Program-made: the position numbers and the translations under genes
Shown here: piece by piece, positions 11,336-25,130 of the stretch
How the letters are laid out: every line of letters starts with the position of its first letter
Numbering within the stretch: position 1 is the first letter of the stretch
The notes under the pieces: model-generated
Database searches by the model: none
Told to the model about the DNA's origin: nothing
The model's input: only the letters and a program-made list of their open reading frames with translations
NCBI GenBank assembly: GCA_043228905.1
Contig: JBHGNT010000012.1
Coordinates: 4,154,001 to 4,218,000, forward strand
Origin: Azolla caroliniana
Taxonomy: Eukaryota; Plantae; Polypodiophyta
DNA length: 64,000 nucleotides
Direction of reading: 5' to 3'

Positions 11336-13630
11336 GACGAAGATTGATCATGAAAGAGCTAATTAGTGAAGAAGAAGATTGACATGAAAATGAAGTAAAA
11401 GACATCCAGGGGAAGGTATTCGAAGAAAACCAGTTTCATTAACACAAAACAAGCTTCACAAGCCATATATTTGTGTTCAGAAAAAGGTAGAATGATTGCT
11501 GATGACTGAACCGCTTAGAGAACAACAAGAAGAAGAAAGATTGTACAGAAAAACTTCTTCCAAGCTTTTGTCAATACGTTTCTCGATGAAAAGCTTCATG
11601 GATGAAGAAGACCAAATCCAAGAAGATGAAGATGATCATGAAAGAGCTATCAGTGAAGAACAAGCTTGACATGAAAATGAAGTAAAAGACATCCAGGGGA
11701 ATATATTTAAAGAAAATCAGTTTCATTAACACAAAACAAGCTTCGCAAGCCATATCTATGTGTTCAGAAAAAGGTACAAGGATTGCTGATGAGTGGACCG
11801 CTTAGAGAACAAGAAGAAGAAGAAGAAGAAGAAAGATTGTATGTATTTTATCCTAAAATATCTCTGCCTAAATTTTTTCTACTATAATTAAGATATGGAT
11901 TTGTCGGGGTGAAGGAAGATTCAGAGATATTGAGGAATCTTGAATCAATGCCTCATATAACTAAGCCATGGTAAAAACTTAATAAATTAAAGTCTCCATT
12001 TTATCTTATGATCTGAAGGTTAATCAATGGCTTGGTTTTGGATCGCCATAAGCTTGTTCTTTGTGTTTTTTCCCCTGTCCGCAGGTAATGAATCAGTGGC
12101 TGAGCAAAATTCTTTCTATGGCTCTGTTGACAGCTTTGCCGATTTCATCACTCTTCTCATTCATATACTTCATGGTAAATACAGGAAGTAGATTTTGTAG
12201 ATAAAAGTCTAAGTTTGAAATCTTATTCCTACATTACTAGCAAATGCACTGTGGTCTGCAATATTTTGTTAAATAGGTGAGAGATCTAGGAATAGTGGAA
12301 GACATCCAGGGGAAGATATTCAAAGAAAATCAGTTTCATTAACACAAAACAAGCTTCACAAGCCATATCTTTGTGTTCAGAAAAAGGTAGAATGATTGCT
12401 GATGACTGGACCGCTTAGAGAACAAGAAGAAGAAGAAAGATTGTACAGAAAAAATTCTTCCAAGCTTTTGTCAAACTGTTTCTGAGAAGAAAAGCTTCAT
12501 GGATAAAGAAGACCAAATTGAAGATGACGAAGATGATCTTGAAAGAGCTATCAGTGAAGAAGAAGATCGGCATGAAAATGAAGTAAAAGACATCCAGGGG
12601 AAGATATTTAAAGAAAATCAATTTCATTAACATAAAACAAGCTTCATAAACCATATCTTTGTGTTTAAGCGAAGGTAGAATGGTTGTTGATGACTGGACC
12701 GCTTAGAGAACAAGAAGAAAGATTGTACAGAAAAACGTTTGACATGCTTTTGTCAAAATGTTTCTCGGAGGAAAAGCTTCATGGATAAAGACGACCAAAT
12801 TGAAGAAGACGAAGGTGATCATGAAAGAGCTATCAGCGAAGAAGAAGATCGACATGAAAATGAAGTAAAAGACATCCAGGGTAAGATATTTAGAGGAAAT
12901 CAGTTTCATTAACACAAAACAAGCTTCACAAGCCATATCTTTGTATTTAAGAAAAGGTAGAATGGTTGTTGATGATTGGACCGCTTAGAGAACAAGAAAG
13001 ATTGTAAACAAAAACTTTTTACATGCTTTTGTCAAAATGTTTTCGTGAAAGAGCTATCAGTGACATGAAAATGAAGTAAATTGAAGAAGACGAAGATGAT
13101 GATGAAAGAGCTAATTAGTGAAGAAGAAGATCGACATGAAAATGAAGCAAAAGACATCCAAGGGAAGATATTCAAGGAATAACAGTTTCATTAACACAAA
13201 ACAAGCTTCGCAAGCCATATCTTTGTGTTCGGAAAAAGGTAGAATGATTGTTGATGAGTTAACCGCATAGAGAACAAGAAGAAGAAAAATTGTACAGAAA
13301 AACTTCTTCCAAGCTTTTGTCAAACTGTTTCTGGGATGAAAAGCTTCATGGATAAACCAGACCAAATTGAAGATGACGAAGATGATCTTGAAAGAGCTAT
13401 CAGTGAAGAAGAAGATCGGCATGAAAATGAAGTAAAAGACATCCAGGGGAAGATATTTTAAGAAAATCAGTATCCATTAACACAAAACAAGCTTCTAGAA
13501 TGGTTGTTGATGACACCTCTTAGAGAACAAGAAAGATTGTACAGAAAAACGTTTTACATGCTTTTGTCAACATGTTTCTCGGATGAAAATTTTCATGGAT
13601 GAAGAAGACCAATTTGAAGAAGAAGAAGAG
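11240..13630. repeat. Tandem array type B: ~8 units of ~285 bp
   Basis: Anchor gacatccagg at ~11401, 11688, 12301, 12589, 12871, 13153, 13438. Anchor gattgtacagaaaaac recurs every ~280-296 bp. One unit is interrupted by the insert at 11838-12300. Confidence 0.9.
11838..12300 (+). pseudogene. Captured unspliced ZIFL gene fragment (intron 1 end, exon 2, intron 2, start of exon 3)
   Basis: Collinear similarity to ~3574-4076, including acag|CTTTGCCGATTTCATCACTCTT...ATG|gtaaat and ag|GTGAGAGATCTAGG. Confidence 0.9.
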
Positions 13631-14799
13631 AGCTCTGTCCACTACACCAAGAAGGTACCACATGGGGCTGAGAACCTACTAAGCCCGCAGGATGCGGACA
13701 TGGTAGACACTCCCCATCAATGTCCAATAGTTAGAATTAGAGTCTCGTAACTTTGGAGTTAACATATGGGAAACAACTCACTCATGTTGCATGTGTGCCC
13801 TTCAGTCATTGGAATCTACAAAGTTTATTATGGCGGATGGGAGGAAAATAGAACACAATGAGGCACACATATGGGAATAGACAGAGTAATGATGTGAGAT
13901 TCGGATTTGAAGTTTAGTGTCCTGTTTTGTTCTTTAAGCCTTCTTACTTGGTTCGTTTTCCAAACATGTTTCTATAAGCTTTGGTTCGTTTTGAAGCCTG
14001 TTTGAAGGGCATCACGGAGTTTTGTTTCTTGGTTTGAAGGGTCACAAACAAGTTTGGTGTGGTGTTTTCTTTCGCTTCAGCCTTCGATACGAACTCAAAT
14101 ATTATGAGAGGAAGTGCATTGATGAAAGTAGATGGGTGTGAGGATGAGCATCAAAAGTTGAAGAAAGCAGAAATATAATGATGGTATGGAACATGAGAAG
14201 ATATCTTATGTGGCTATCGTTTATGGGGTAGATGTCCAAACAAAGTCTCTCGATTCAGATACTCAATGTCATATTATTAATATGTTAGTGTTGATGCTAC
14301 CGTCATGATTTGGGGTGCTCATGTGAAGAAAAGCATCAAAGTTTAGGTTTATGAAAGGTTGAAGGTTAGGATGAAGGCATGATTGAAAGGATATGTGATA
14401 GGATGAGGCTCAAGACAAAAACAATTATAACTCAATTGGCAAGAACTTACTCTCATTCTTGGATTGAAAGGGTCAAGGGTTGGAATCTTTCAAAGGTGGA
14501 ATTCAATGGGTCAAGTGGAGGCAATGTGAATGGATGGACATGATATCGGAGAGTTAAATAACAATTAAGCTATAGAGCTCTTCGAGTGACTAAGAGTAAA
14601 GCTTTGCCTTACAAGTGCTTATAACTTGGAGGCCCGTACAAACTAGGTACAAAGAAAAACCGTGAGGAACAAAGTAGTGTGTAAGTTATTATTAGAAGAT
14701 GTCATATGCTGATTTTGGTGTGTGGGGAAGATAGTGGCAAACACGTAATAGTTAAATGCCAATGAAGCTACCAAGCTCTTCAAGCGATTAGGAGTAAAA

Positions 14800-15560
14800 C
14801 TTCGCCATGATCTATGGAGTAAAAACGTTTTGACATTTCTTGTTTGCTTGCCATCTTTGCTTCTACATTGACCATGAAACCCTGTTATATCTCGTCAATA
14901 AGACCCATGCTAAGACGGGGCATAACCCTCCTGGAGTTCGACTTTAAGCTCATGTTCGAATAGGTGAAGATCACGTCCTTGCCAACCATTTTTCAAGATG
15001 GCCAAGCAGTGAAGAGGCCACAAGGATCGAAGACAAATTGCTTGATGTCGCCCTCTTCACTGTCAACATTGTGGCGATTTGGGCATCTGGCATTGTTCAA
15101 GTACTAACCTAAGGGACACTATATTGAAAACAACTAAGTCATGCAAATGCCTCATTACTCCTACAGAATAAGGCTTATACATCGAGAGGCCTTTAGTTCA
15201 AGATTGGTGCTAAACTAGCTAATGCATGATCACATCTACGAAAGGCACCAGAAAAGAGACGCCCAACCTAAACCCAATCTATACAAGCGACGAGCTGACC
15301 AAGAACACCATAGAAGAAAACAATGACATTGCACACTTACCATCATGAACATAAATGAAGGTGGATGTTAAAAAACAAGCTAACTGAAGTACTAGAAATA
15401 CCCCTAGTGGTAATGAGGCTCGTAAAATCACAATTTTGGAACAAAATCCATGGGGTATTTGCCGATGAAAAGCACAAAGAGCAAGCAACCTTGTGGTGTG
15501 TCTTCAAAATATTAACTAAAGCACAAGGTGGGCACAATGGTGCCACGCAATTCTAACTGC
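14800..15560 (+). mobile_element. Old Ty3/Gypsy pol relic (RNase H, end of integrase)
   Basis: Broken translation AMIYGVKTF*HFL...FYIDHETLLYLVNK...LLEFDF...GEDHVLANHFSR matches the Gypsy RNase H pattern. Heavily decayed. Confidence 0.55.
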
Positions 15561-15895
15561 TCACGCAAAGTCAGTCAGGAAAATTGTTCTCCCTTGACGA
15601 CATGAATTGACAAAGAGCACAACAAAAGCAAACCAAAAGGGCAACATGCAATGTTGGGTTAAGAAGACCAATGTGTCCACACAACAAAACGTCAAACCAA
15701 AATTAGCCAAGGATAGTTGTTCCTTTATCCACCACCCAAATCTTGGTATTGTTAACCAAATTATTCCCAATCTCGAGAATTGATCAAAGATGGATCTCCA
15801 TACTTAACATGACAAGGCAATGAACAATCTTGAGAAACCATATCAGTAAAACTCCCCATCTGTCACCGAGAGCATATGGAAAATCTTGTGGAAAA

Positions 15896-16309
15896 TGTTG
15901 GGAAACATGTTCCGTCGAATGGGAAGAGCACGAGCCGAATCGGAGGCCATATTGTATATGAGTATAAATATAGTTAGGGTAAGTAGTTAAAGAAGGATGA
16001 TCATTGTTTAAAAGTTCTTGTAAGTAGTTACCTTTGTAACTAGAGTGTGTGTGCGAGATAGAGAGAGTTATTAGAAACTCTTTTATAACCGTCTGTTAGA
16101 CGAAGATGAGCTCGAGGTTGTTGCCTGCGAGTCTCCTTGTATCCTCTCATATATAGTGTAATAGTTCGGAGTCTATGGGCTCCCGTGGTTTTTCCCTTTC
16201 AGGGTTTTCCACGTAAACATCTTGTGTCCTCTTGTTTGTGTATTCATTTCCAATTATTTCATTTCCACTTGTGAGTGATAATCGGTTGTGGCTGATCACA
16301 TACCCCACA
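15896..16309 (+). mobile_element. Solo LTR (Copia-type) with 5-bp TSD GAAAA
   Basis: TG...CA ends; gaaaa at 15891-15895 and 16310-16314; TATA-like tataaata; U5 motif ccgtggtttttccct...gggttttccacgtaaacatc shared with the Copia LTRs further on. Confidence 0.8.
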
Positions 16310-16314
16310 GAAAA

Positions 16315-17085
16315 TCATACATATATGCATAAACATATATAAAAATTACTAAGTACATATATTTTATACACATTCTTTTATAAATATTTTATATATCACA
16401 TATTACCCACATATATTATCATGCACACAATTATATACAAATACATACATAGATACATACTAATAACCAAACACAAAAAATATACAGAAAATAAATCAAT
16501 TACATATTATATATATACATATACACATACACATTAATATGTAAGATTACATATTATATGTATTACAAATCTACATACATACAAACAAGTCCATATATTA
16601 GGTACATTATTACATATATACACACACATAGACAAACACATAAATAAATTACATACTACATATCATATAATCTATACATATTACACAATATACAAATTTA
16701 CATACACATACATATATAGATATACTATATATGTACATACATATTCCACATATCACCATATACATAGGTTATACAGGACCATACAAACTACAATACTTAC
16801 ATATATATACATACATATACACACATTAGATATATGTATACTTACACATACATCAGATATATAGGTGCATATTACGTACATATTACAAATATACATCCAT
16901 ATACAAGCCATATACATACTAAACGTGGAACTATCCCGAAAATATACATACATAAATACATACATATATACACATTCATACATGTACATACATATCACCA
17001 CATACACACACACACATGGTCATACAAACTACAATAGTACATATATACATACACATACACCCATTAGATATATTATATATGATAG
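16315..17085. repeat. AT/CA-rich low-complexity (TA/TACA/CA)n region
   Basis: Directly visible degenerate microsatellite. Confidence 0.85.
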
Positions 17086-18126
17086 GATGAGTTAGTTGTC
17101 AACTTGTAGAAGTGCTTCATGAATGTCTCTCTACATGTAAAATTATTTCATAAGTTGCAACAAACTAGAAACAAAAAGAAAGGCCATCCCTAAGGACATG
17201 GTATTTATGTTGATGAATTTTAATTTATTAGCAACTTCACATGGTGTCTATCCAAAAGCTAAATTTATATGTATTGTCTATCAGAAGATATATATATGTA
17301 TATATATGTATGTATCTGTATGTATTGCATAAACCCTAAACCCCATTCAAAAAATCAATGTTATAAAATATAGTTACAAATTATAAATGAAGGCTAAATT
17401 TAAACTCGTAGAAGGGTGCAAGTAGGTTATATTTTATTCTCTCTCGTACTTTTGAGGTGGACATGTTTCTAGAGTTTGGTCTGTTATGTTTTAGTAGAGT
17501 GGTTGTTCTATAACACTGATTATATAGTTTGGATTACTACGATTGGGCGACTATAAATTATTTTTGAGCTTCGAAATGGAGTTGCAAGAGCGAAGAGATT
17601 CCCTGCCCTAAACATGGCTAGAAATTGTTGAAAATCAAGACATCACTTGACATGAAGACAAGTCTTCGGCATTACACACGTGCCATAAAATCCGAGGGTG
17701 CATGTCATCGTAGTCATCGTCTTCGATGTGGCTTTTCCATGCTATGGTTTCACATTAGGACAATCCGAGCACTAGATAGATATACGTGGTGGGAGCGAAG
17801 TTCGTGCCTCGAAATTCGGTTCCATAATTTGTAGTATGTACTAATTCCCTAAACATACAAGCAAATACCAAACAGAATGGGCTACTCAACACCTGACACA
17901 CTCACTCACTCTCCATGTCACTACTTTCATTTTTACCGCAAGATTAAAAAAGAAAAAAAAAGTGACAAGACCTCCTTTTCTGGTTGATCCTTTTTCGATT
18001 ATGTCTCCAAAGTAGAAAGAAAGAAAGAGAGAAGCCTCCCACAAAAGAAGCTTGGGGAAAGATGGATACTAGATAGATAGATAACATATATATGTCAAGA
18101 TAAGCCATATTCAAAAGCCTAACATT

Positions 18127-20452
18127 ATGAGAAGCACAATGGTGGTGGTACCCTTCCTTCTCATGCTACAACTACTACTACCACTACTACTACCTCTAGT
18201 GTGGCTACATATGGTGGCATTGCCGGCCCGCGGGATCGGGGTGAACTATGGCATGAAGGGCAACGACCTCCCCCCGCCCGCCCAAGTCGTGGAGCTCCTC
18301 AAGAAGACGTCGATCGATAGCGTGAAGCTCTACAATGCGGACGCGGAGGTGCTCTCGGCATTGGCCAACACGGGCATAAGCGTGGTGGTCGGGGTCGAGA
18401 ACGAGCTCCTCCTCCCTCTTGCCCGGAGCTCCCGTGCCGCCCAAATTTGGGTGAAACAACACATCCTCCCGTACTACCCGAGCACTTCCATATGTGCCAT
18501 AGCCGTCGGGAATGAGGTCCTCACCATGCCGGACCGCATCCTAGTGAGGCGGCGGCGCGGGGCCCGACCCATCAACCAATGGGGCCTCCTCCTCCCCGCG
18601 ATGAAGAACCTCCACCAAGCCCTCTACTCCCTCCTCGGCCCGGCGTCGGCTGAGTCCATCAAGATCTCTACCCCTTCCTCCATGGCCATCCTCTCGTCTT
18701 CCTCGCCCCCTTCCTCGGCCACCTTCAAGCCTCCCCTCCTTCCTTACATCAAAGATCTCTTGCAATTCCTCTCCCAGACCAATTCCCCACTCATGATCAA
18801 CATCTACCCTTACTTCGCCTACGCGTCCGATCCCGGGGGGGTTCCACTCGATTTTGCATTGTTCCAGTCCGTGCACGGTGTCCGGGACCCGGCCTCGGGC
18901 CTCGTCTACGGGAGCCTCTTTGATGCGCAGCTCGATGCTATACACTACGCGATGATGAAAGCCATGGGGGCAGGATCGGCGAAGGATGAACGGCTCCCCA
19001 CGGTCATTGTGTCCGAGACTGGGTGGCCGTCCAAAGGAGATTCAGACGAGACGGGTGCAAATCCGCAGAATGCCGAGACATACAACGGGAACCTCGTGAT
19101 GCGGGTTGCGTCGAGGGCCGGGACCCCGCTCCTCCCGGACCAGCCGCCGGCACATGCCTACATCTTCGCATTGTTCAACGAGAACGAGAAGACGGGCCCC
19201 GAGTCGGAGCGGAATTTTGGGCTCTACCGGCCTGACATGGGTGCGGTCTACGATGCGGGGCTCGGGACATCTTCTACCACGAAAGAGCCGCCATCGGCAT
19301 TCTCAGGAGGAGGAGGAGGAGGTGCGGGATTCTCAAGTGTGTGGTGTGTGGCGGGGCCGGGCGCAAGCGAGGAGGATCTACGTGCCGCAATCGGGTTTGC
19401 GTGCGGGGAAGGGGGCGCCGATTGCTCGGCCATCCAAGAAGGCCAGCCGTGCTTCGGGCCCGACACGCTCGCGGCCCATGCGTCCTACGCCATGAACAGC
19501 TACTATCAACTCCATGGGAGGAACTATTGGAACTGCTTCTTCAATGCATCTGCCCTTGTCACTGCCACCAATCCAAGTAAGTGTGTCAAAATTTGCAGCA
19601 CTAATACTATAAGATATGTTTCTAAGTTCCCACCATGAGTCCTTTTTTAGGAGAGTTTTTTGTTTTTGTGTGTGTGTGTGTTTTGTATTTGTCCCGATCG
19701 ACACACTTCTCATATGTCACGTTCTCTCGTGATCAAATTCGGAAAAAATCATGTATGTGAAAGCAACATTGCTTTGTTTTATACGCATATGTTTCTCTAC
19801 ATAAGGTATAGATGGTGGTTGTGGTGGGTCCGGTTAGGGTTAAGCCACTCGAGACATTAGTACCTAGCCCCTCTTCATGTTTCTTCTTGTAACATGGTAT
19901 ATAGTATATACCATTGTTTCGGTTTGTTTTGTAGGCCATGTTCACCTTTAGGATGTTTGCAATATTACGCTCTATTTGATTGCATTCATTCAATGAAATA
20001 TGTGCGCTTGCACTTTACTGATGATTTATACAAAAGGAATGAGCTTTTAAAGATAGATGTGCATTGTGTGGATCCAACTTTAGGACTCGACAAACATTAT
20101 GGAACAGTAAAGCATATTTGTCACATGATAAAAAAACTTTCAAATTCTATCACAAGAGTGAGACATTAATCTTGCATTTTAGGAGTCTTATAGGTATCTT
20201 CAATGTGCCTCGCACTTAATAATACTAACGTTTAGATTATTCATTCAAAAAATGTTCATAACCAAAACATCTCTCTTAAATTAAACTAGCTTTGCAAATG
20301 ATCTATTCACTCATAAGTTCTTGGGCACTAACATTGTGAAACTCAACTTAGAAATTTCTTCTCATGCTCATATCTTTAGTCTTTTGCTCTAATGTCTCAT
20401 TATTTTGCTTTATTGAGCAGGTTATGGCACTTGTACCTATCCATCTCAATAG
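18127..20452 (+). CDS. Glucan endo-1,3-beta-glucosidase (GH17) with C-terminal X8/CBM43 domain, 2 exons, ~493 aa
   Basis: Exon 1 18127-19576: signal peptide, IGVNYG, catalytic AVGNE and SETGWPS, FALFNENEK, SERNFGLY, Gly/Ser linker, X8 WCVA...CGEGGADC...SYAMNSYYQ...NCFF. Donor A|gtaagt. Exon 2 20421-20452 (gcag|GT TAT GGC ACT TGT ACC TAT CCA TCT CAA TAG) adds SYGTCTYPSQ*, supplying the last X8 Cys in the right phase. Confidence 0.93.
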
Positions 20453-21814
20453 CAAGATGAATCTTCCAATGAATTGAAGGTGTGTTGGTCATTATCTTAT
20501 TAGGTGCCAATGCCCATATATCAACATTCATAACTATCTAGCTTGTAGTGAAAAATGCAACTTGTGCAATGTAGGTTTCAAGTTTGGTTAAGTCATGTAA
20601 TGTAATGATAATCATCTTTCTTGATTTATTGCATGATGAGTCATGATATATTCTTACTTGGCCCAACACATTGTTGGATATGCTAGGAACATTGAAATAG
20701 CAATATATCCTACGTGTGTTGGTCTTGCATGTTATGGGTACCACTTTGATATGAGCTTGTCAAAGCATCTTGATTTTGAATTAGGAGTAAAGGACCAAGA
20801 AGTTGGACTCATCGCAATTCACATCTAAAAGTACTCGTTTGAACTTTACAAACCCATATGAATAAGATATCCAAATGTTATAACCCAACTCATGCTCGGC
20901 ATTGCTACTAAAAAACACAACGGCTATATAAAGTACATGGTAGAAGAAGGCAAAAGACTATTTTTACATCTACAACACGTAGGGCAAAGAGAGTAAATAC
21001 ATAAGGAATCATGTTAAAGTGTCACGTTACACAACCTACTTTTTTTATTTTCTTGTCTTTTCTCGTGTGGCTATTTAATGCGAGATCATAACATTATTGA
21101 AATGGCTTGGTGAATATAGTCATTGATCAAACATTATCGGGTTAATATGTATTTCTACGTCTTAACTTAAGGATGTGAAACAAGATACAATAATGCATGT
21201 ACCATGAATGAAGGTTAAAAACTTCGACTTGTAAATTTCAAACTTACTCCCAAAAGAATCACAACTCCTTTTCCCTGTTTTTGTTTCTTTATCTCGAAGT
21301 TTGTAATACATGCATATACATATTTTATCCTTTGCATTGCCCGTGTCAAAAGTTATTTGGAAGAGAATATTGTAAATTGTGATCAATACAACATACAATT
21401 ATAGATTTCACATGTTATATATCATAGTGTGAACGAAATTATCGTCCTTCGCTTTATGAGTTTTGATAAACTCTCAACCTCCTCCTCCATTTCATCCATT
21501 ACAATCCCTAGAAGTTCTATATTCACAATCTATTGTTTCTATATTTCGTTACTTGTAACTATCTCTTGAATTATCAAAACCTCGTCATCACTGTGTTGGG
21601 TGGTTTAATGCATTATTACTTCTGAAAAATATCAAGTTCTAGACTTCTAATCTCGACAAACACAAATAAATCTAGATCATGGGCATACAAGAGCTCACAC
21701 AAGTATCTAAGTGATGTCCAATAACTTCGAGATAAGAAGTTTGTGGCAATCCTTGTGCCCTTGGTTAATTTTGTAGTTCCATTGAATATTACCCGTGCCT
21801 AGTTTTTTGCAATG

Positions 21815-22200
21815 ATACAAGTGGTACTTCACAAGGCTCCATTTTTCATTTGGAGCACATAAGTTGATAAAGGAAACACTTTGGCAACATTTCGACTAAC
21901 CCAAGTATAAGAAATTTTTATGTACATTCTCATGCCATCTATCTATTTGTACATTAACTAATTTGGATCAAGTAGAGTATATCGAGTCTAATTTGTCCTT
22001 TTTTATGTTGTAGACAAAGTCTATATACTAGTGGACTGTGGTATCTCACTAGGCTCCATTTGCATGGGAGCACATAAATTGATGTAATAAATGAAACATT
22101 TTGGCCACATCTCGATTAAAGGAAGTATAAGAAATTCTAATGCACATCTTCATGCCATCTACACATTAAGCTATTTGGATCAAGTCGAATATCTCATGTC
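21815..22200. repeat. Diverged tandem duplication, period ~217 bp
   Basis: aggctccatt...ggagcacataa...aagtataagaaatt...catgccatct...ttggatcaagt at 21834 and 22051. Confidence 0.75.
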
Positions 22201-23599
22201 ACATTAGTTCTTTATTTAATATCATAGAGTGAACAATTCTATATTACAATCCAATGCTCTTCTATCATTTATTAAACAATATGAAATAGATGGAAAAGTG
22301 TTGTAATCCCACATCCTCTCTAGGGTATCTAAAGTGTGAGCAACCTTTAGGTGAATTTTTGTTTTATATCGGCTAACGATGGAGGCTATTTTTGTTTTTA
22401 CATCTACTTTACAGCTATTTCATCTCCTAAATGCACACCAAAGCATTTGGTTTTATTGGCTAAGAAAAATTTAAATTTGTCCCTTTTTAACTTATGTCAG
22501 CGTCACATAGGACAATTCATAATGTCCTTCAAATGTGATGCTATAGAGTCAAAATCAAGTTATTAAAACATATTACTAACAAATTGTCATAAGCTAATTG
22601 CTTAATGCTATGTGCTCTACTGTCTACATATGAGTAGAGCTAATTTGAATCATCAAAGGGTGCTTGTTGGCTCCCAAATTCTGTTTTTTAATTTGTCTAT
22701 ATATATTCCCATGTGACACATTTAATTTTGCCGTAGAAGTGTGTGTACAACCCTCAAAAAGTCTCTAGACATCTTTGTAATGATCTTGTTGTGAAGATAT
22801 ATGCAAACATGTACAAAATGGAAATCAAAATTGGATAATGTGAATAATAGCTTTGTCAATGTGTAAGAACCATTGTAGTTAAAATGTTAAGTCATTTTGA
22901 TGTGACTCCCACAATAATGCATTGCCTAGTTTAATATCGTACAACTCTAGTTAAGCTAGAGCACATTATACTTACGAGCATTTAAGTGTAATTGGAACAA
23001 GGAACTTATATATCTCCAAAATGATGCCATATGAAGTGTTGCAATTTCTTATGATGTTGTGGGTGTTAAATTTGTTGCCTAAGACTCCTAATAATATGTG
23101 TCTTTTACTCCATGACTTGTTGGCTATTGTTACTAATCTACATGTAGCTCGCAAGGGCAAGTCATTGGTCAATGCTGATTCAAGATAAAAGTTAGGATGG
23201 AAGTTGGAACAACTACTTACACTATGAGATTATCTTCTCTTGCAACACAAAATACACGCCTTCACAAGAGGCCCCTAGAGTGGGATACTCTTTAGCATGT
23301 AATTTTCTGGAATATTATCTTTCCCCACACAATAATGGTATTTCTAGCTCTTTTTGTATCAATCTTTCAAGGAGTTACAATCAATTAACCCCGGATGAGA
23401 ACTCCTAAGTGGTTTGTACGTGTTTCCACCCTTGCCTATACATTCAATACTTCCATTAAGGGGGAGAAGGAACCCATTCTTTGGCCAATACATAGCATGT
23501 AATTGCATGAGGGTAGACTCAGTTAGTTACTCATTTAGTTCGTACCTTTGGTGTATGCAACAATGAACTTAGTAGTCCATGCTTTCTCTCCCAAGATAT

Positions 23600-25130
23600 G
23601 ACAATGCACGTGCCACAAATGTTCTGAATGTATATTTTATATTCATCTTTTATCATTCCATAGGCAAAGGCAAATTATGTACCAAAATCATTTGTATACA
23701 TAGCTTGAAGGAAATCACATTACATGTACCATAAGTGGAAGTGAAAGTATGTTGTACTTGCTAGTATCCCAAAGTTTTTTATAAAGCTTGTGGTACATGT
23801 GGGAAACCTCTCAATGGAATGGAAGAAAACGTACAAAGAATAATTAGGTACAGTGAAAGTATGTTGTGGATTGCAATATTACATTTTTGTTTTTGTAAAG
23901 CTGATGTTATAGAGAATTATTTCCCATAATGTCTCATCCATTCTTTGACAGCTTTTGCAAAGTGTTGCAATAATCGTGTGAGACTGTAAGAATAACCCGA
24001 CGTAAAGTATTCCTAACATACCTCAACATAAAAATAAGTGTTAGGTTTGTCATGAAGAACTCTTCCAATTTGGATTTAGCCTTTTCTTCCAATATTGATT
24101 GTTGCATGCCTTTGCCTAATTGCAATGAGTATCCACCCAAGGTTTCGATTAGAACCCAATGTAAACTCGTTTTGTAATTATCCCATAATTAGGAAGATGA
24201 ATTAGTAAATAATCACCTATCCCACATTAGATTATTCATATGTGAGACAATAGGTTTGGTTTGTGTTCTCTTGGAGTTGATTGAATTTCATGGCTAAAGA
24301 ACGATAATGCATTCTTGGACAAATGTCTCCTCTAAGCTTCTAGGAATTTCATTTGTTTAAATAATTAAGCTTTTTGAAGTTGTTTGTTTGATAATGGTTT
24401 ATGAAGGTGAAGGACCTAATCAAGTTACCTAACAACTCTTCAAGATTACACAAATATAGCGAATATTGGGAATGTTGATAAATATGAGTCATGACAACGG
24501 TTATACATTGCAAATATCTGTATAACCATGTTATGCCATAGGATAAAGCCACTTATGTACTCTAGATTTATAGGTTGATAAAAAATGAATAAATCAATTA
24601 ATGCGACATAAATGAAGTTTAACTTTGAGATACTTTGCATGTTGATTGGTAGATGGAGTTTTGTTGTTGACCATTAATGTGACATGACTCATGAGTGTTG
24701 GTTTAAATTTGAGATGGATCCATAAATAGAGCATAGTTATATTATCTAGGCAAAGAGCAATGTCCAATACAAGTTAAACTTGAGCATTGTGTGAATGGAA
24801 TGTTGTAACGGAGCATCAATGCCACGATCCATGCCACACCATTATTGAAGGTTAAACTCTACGATGCAATATTATGAGTGTTAGATAAGTAGATAAAAGA
24901 ATTAAAATTTGGATTCTTGGTCTACTTAATATTTTATATCTTGAGGGAAACAACGGTTTTTGGATTTATTTAGAAGCCATAGTTCATTTCTACAATGGGT
25001 GTTATATGTTGCAATTATACAATGTATCACATCTAAACGCCATTGTGCATCTCCCTTTCGGGCATCCACATAAGATGGAACTATTGCGTTCCTACATGGA
25101 TTTGTATATAACACTCTCATCTGCAAAATT
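23600..25130 (-). mobile_element. Possible highly decayed Mutator-like transposase relic
   Basis: Only short minus-strand fragments (GIDA...KFNLY..TLL around 24740-24830) resembling the MULE DDE-domain start. No long ORF. Confidence 0.2.

Noticed and set aside
11240-13630. Regular repeats as a CRISPR-like array
   Set aside because: Whole ~285-bp units are homologous with no unique spacers, no cas genes, and the context is eukaryotic.
17790-17870. Possible partner TIR for the 8580-8640 sequence
   Set aside because: Only short patchy inverse similarity and no TSD found.
19577-19638. C-terminus KCVKICSTNTIRYVSKFPP of the 503-aa ORF
   Set aside because: Read-through into an intron; the strong donor gtaagt and exon 20421-20452 give the canonical X8 end.
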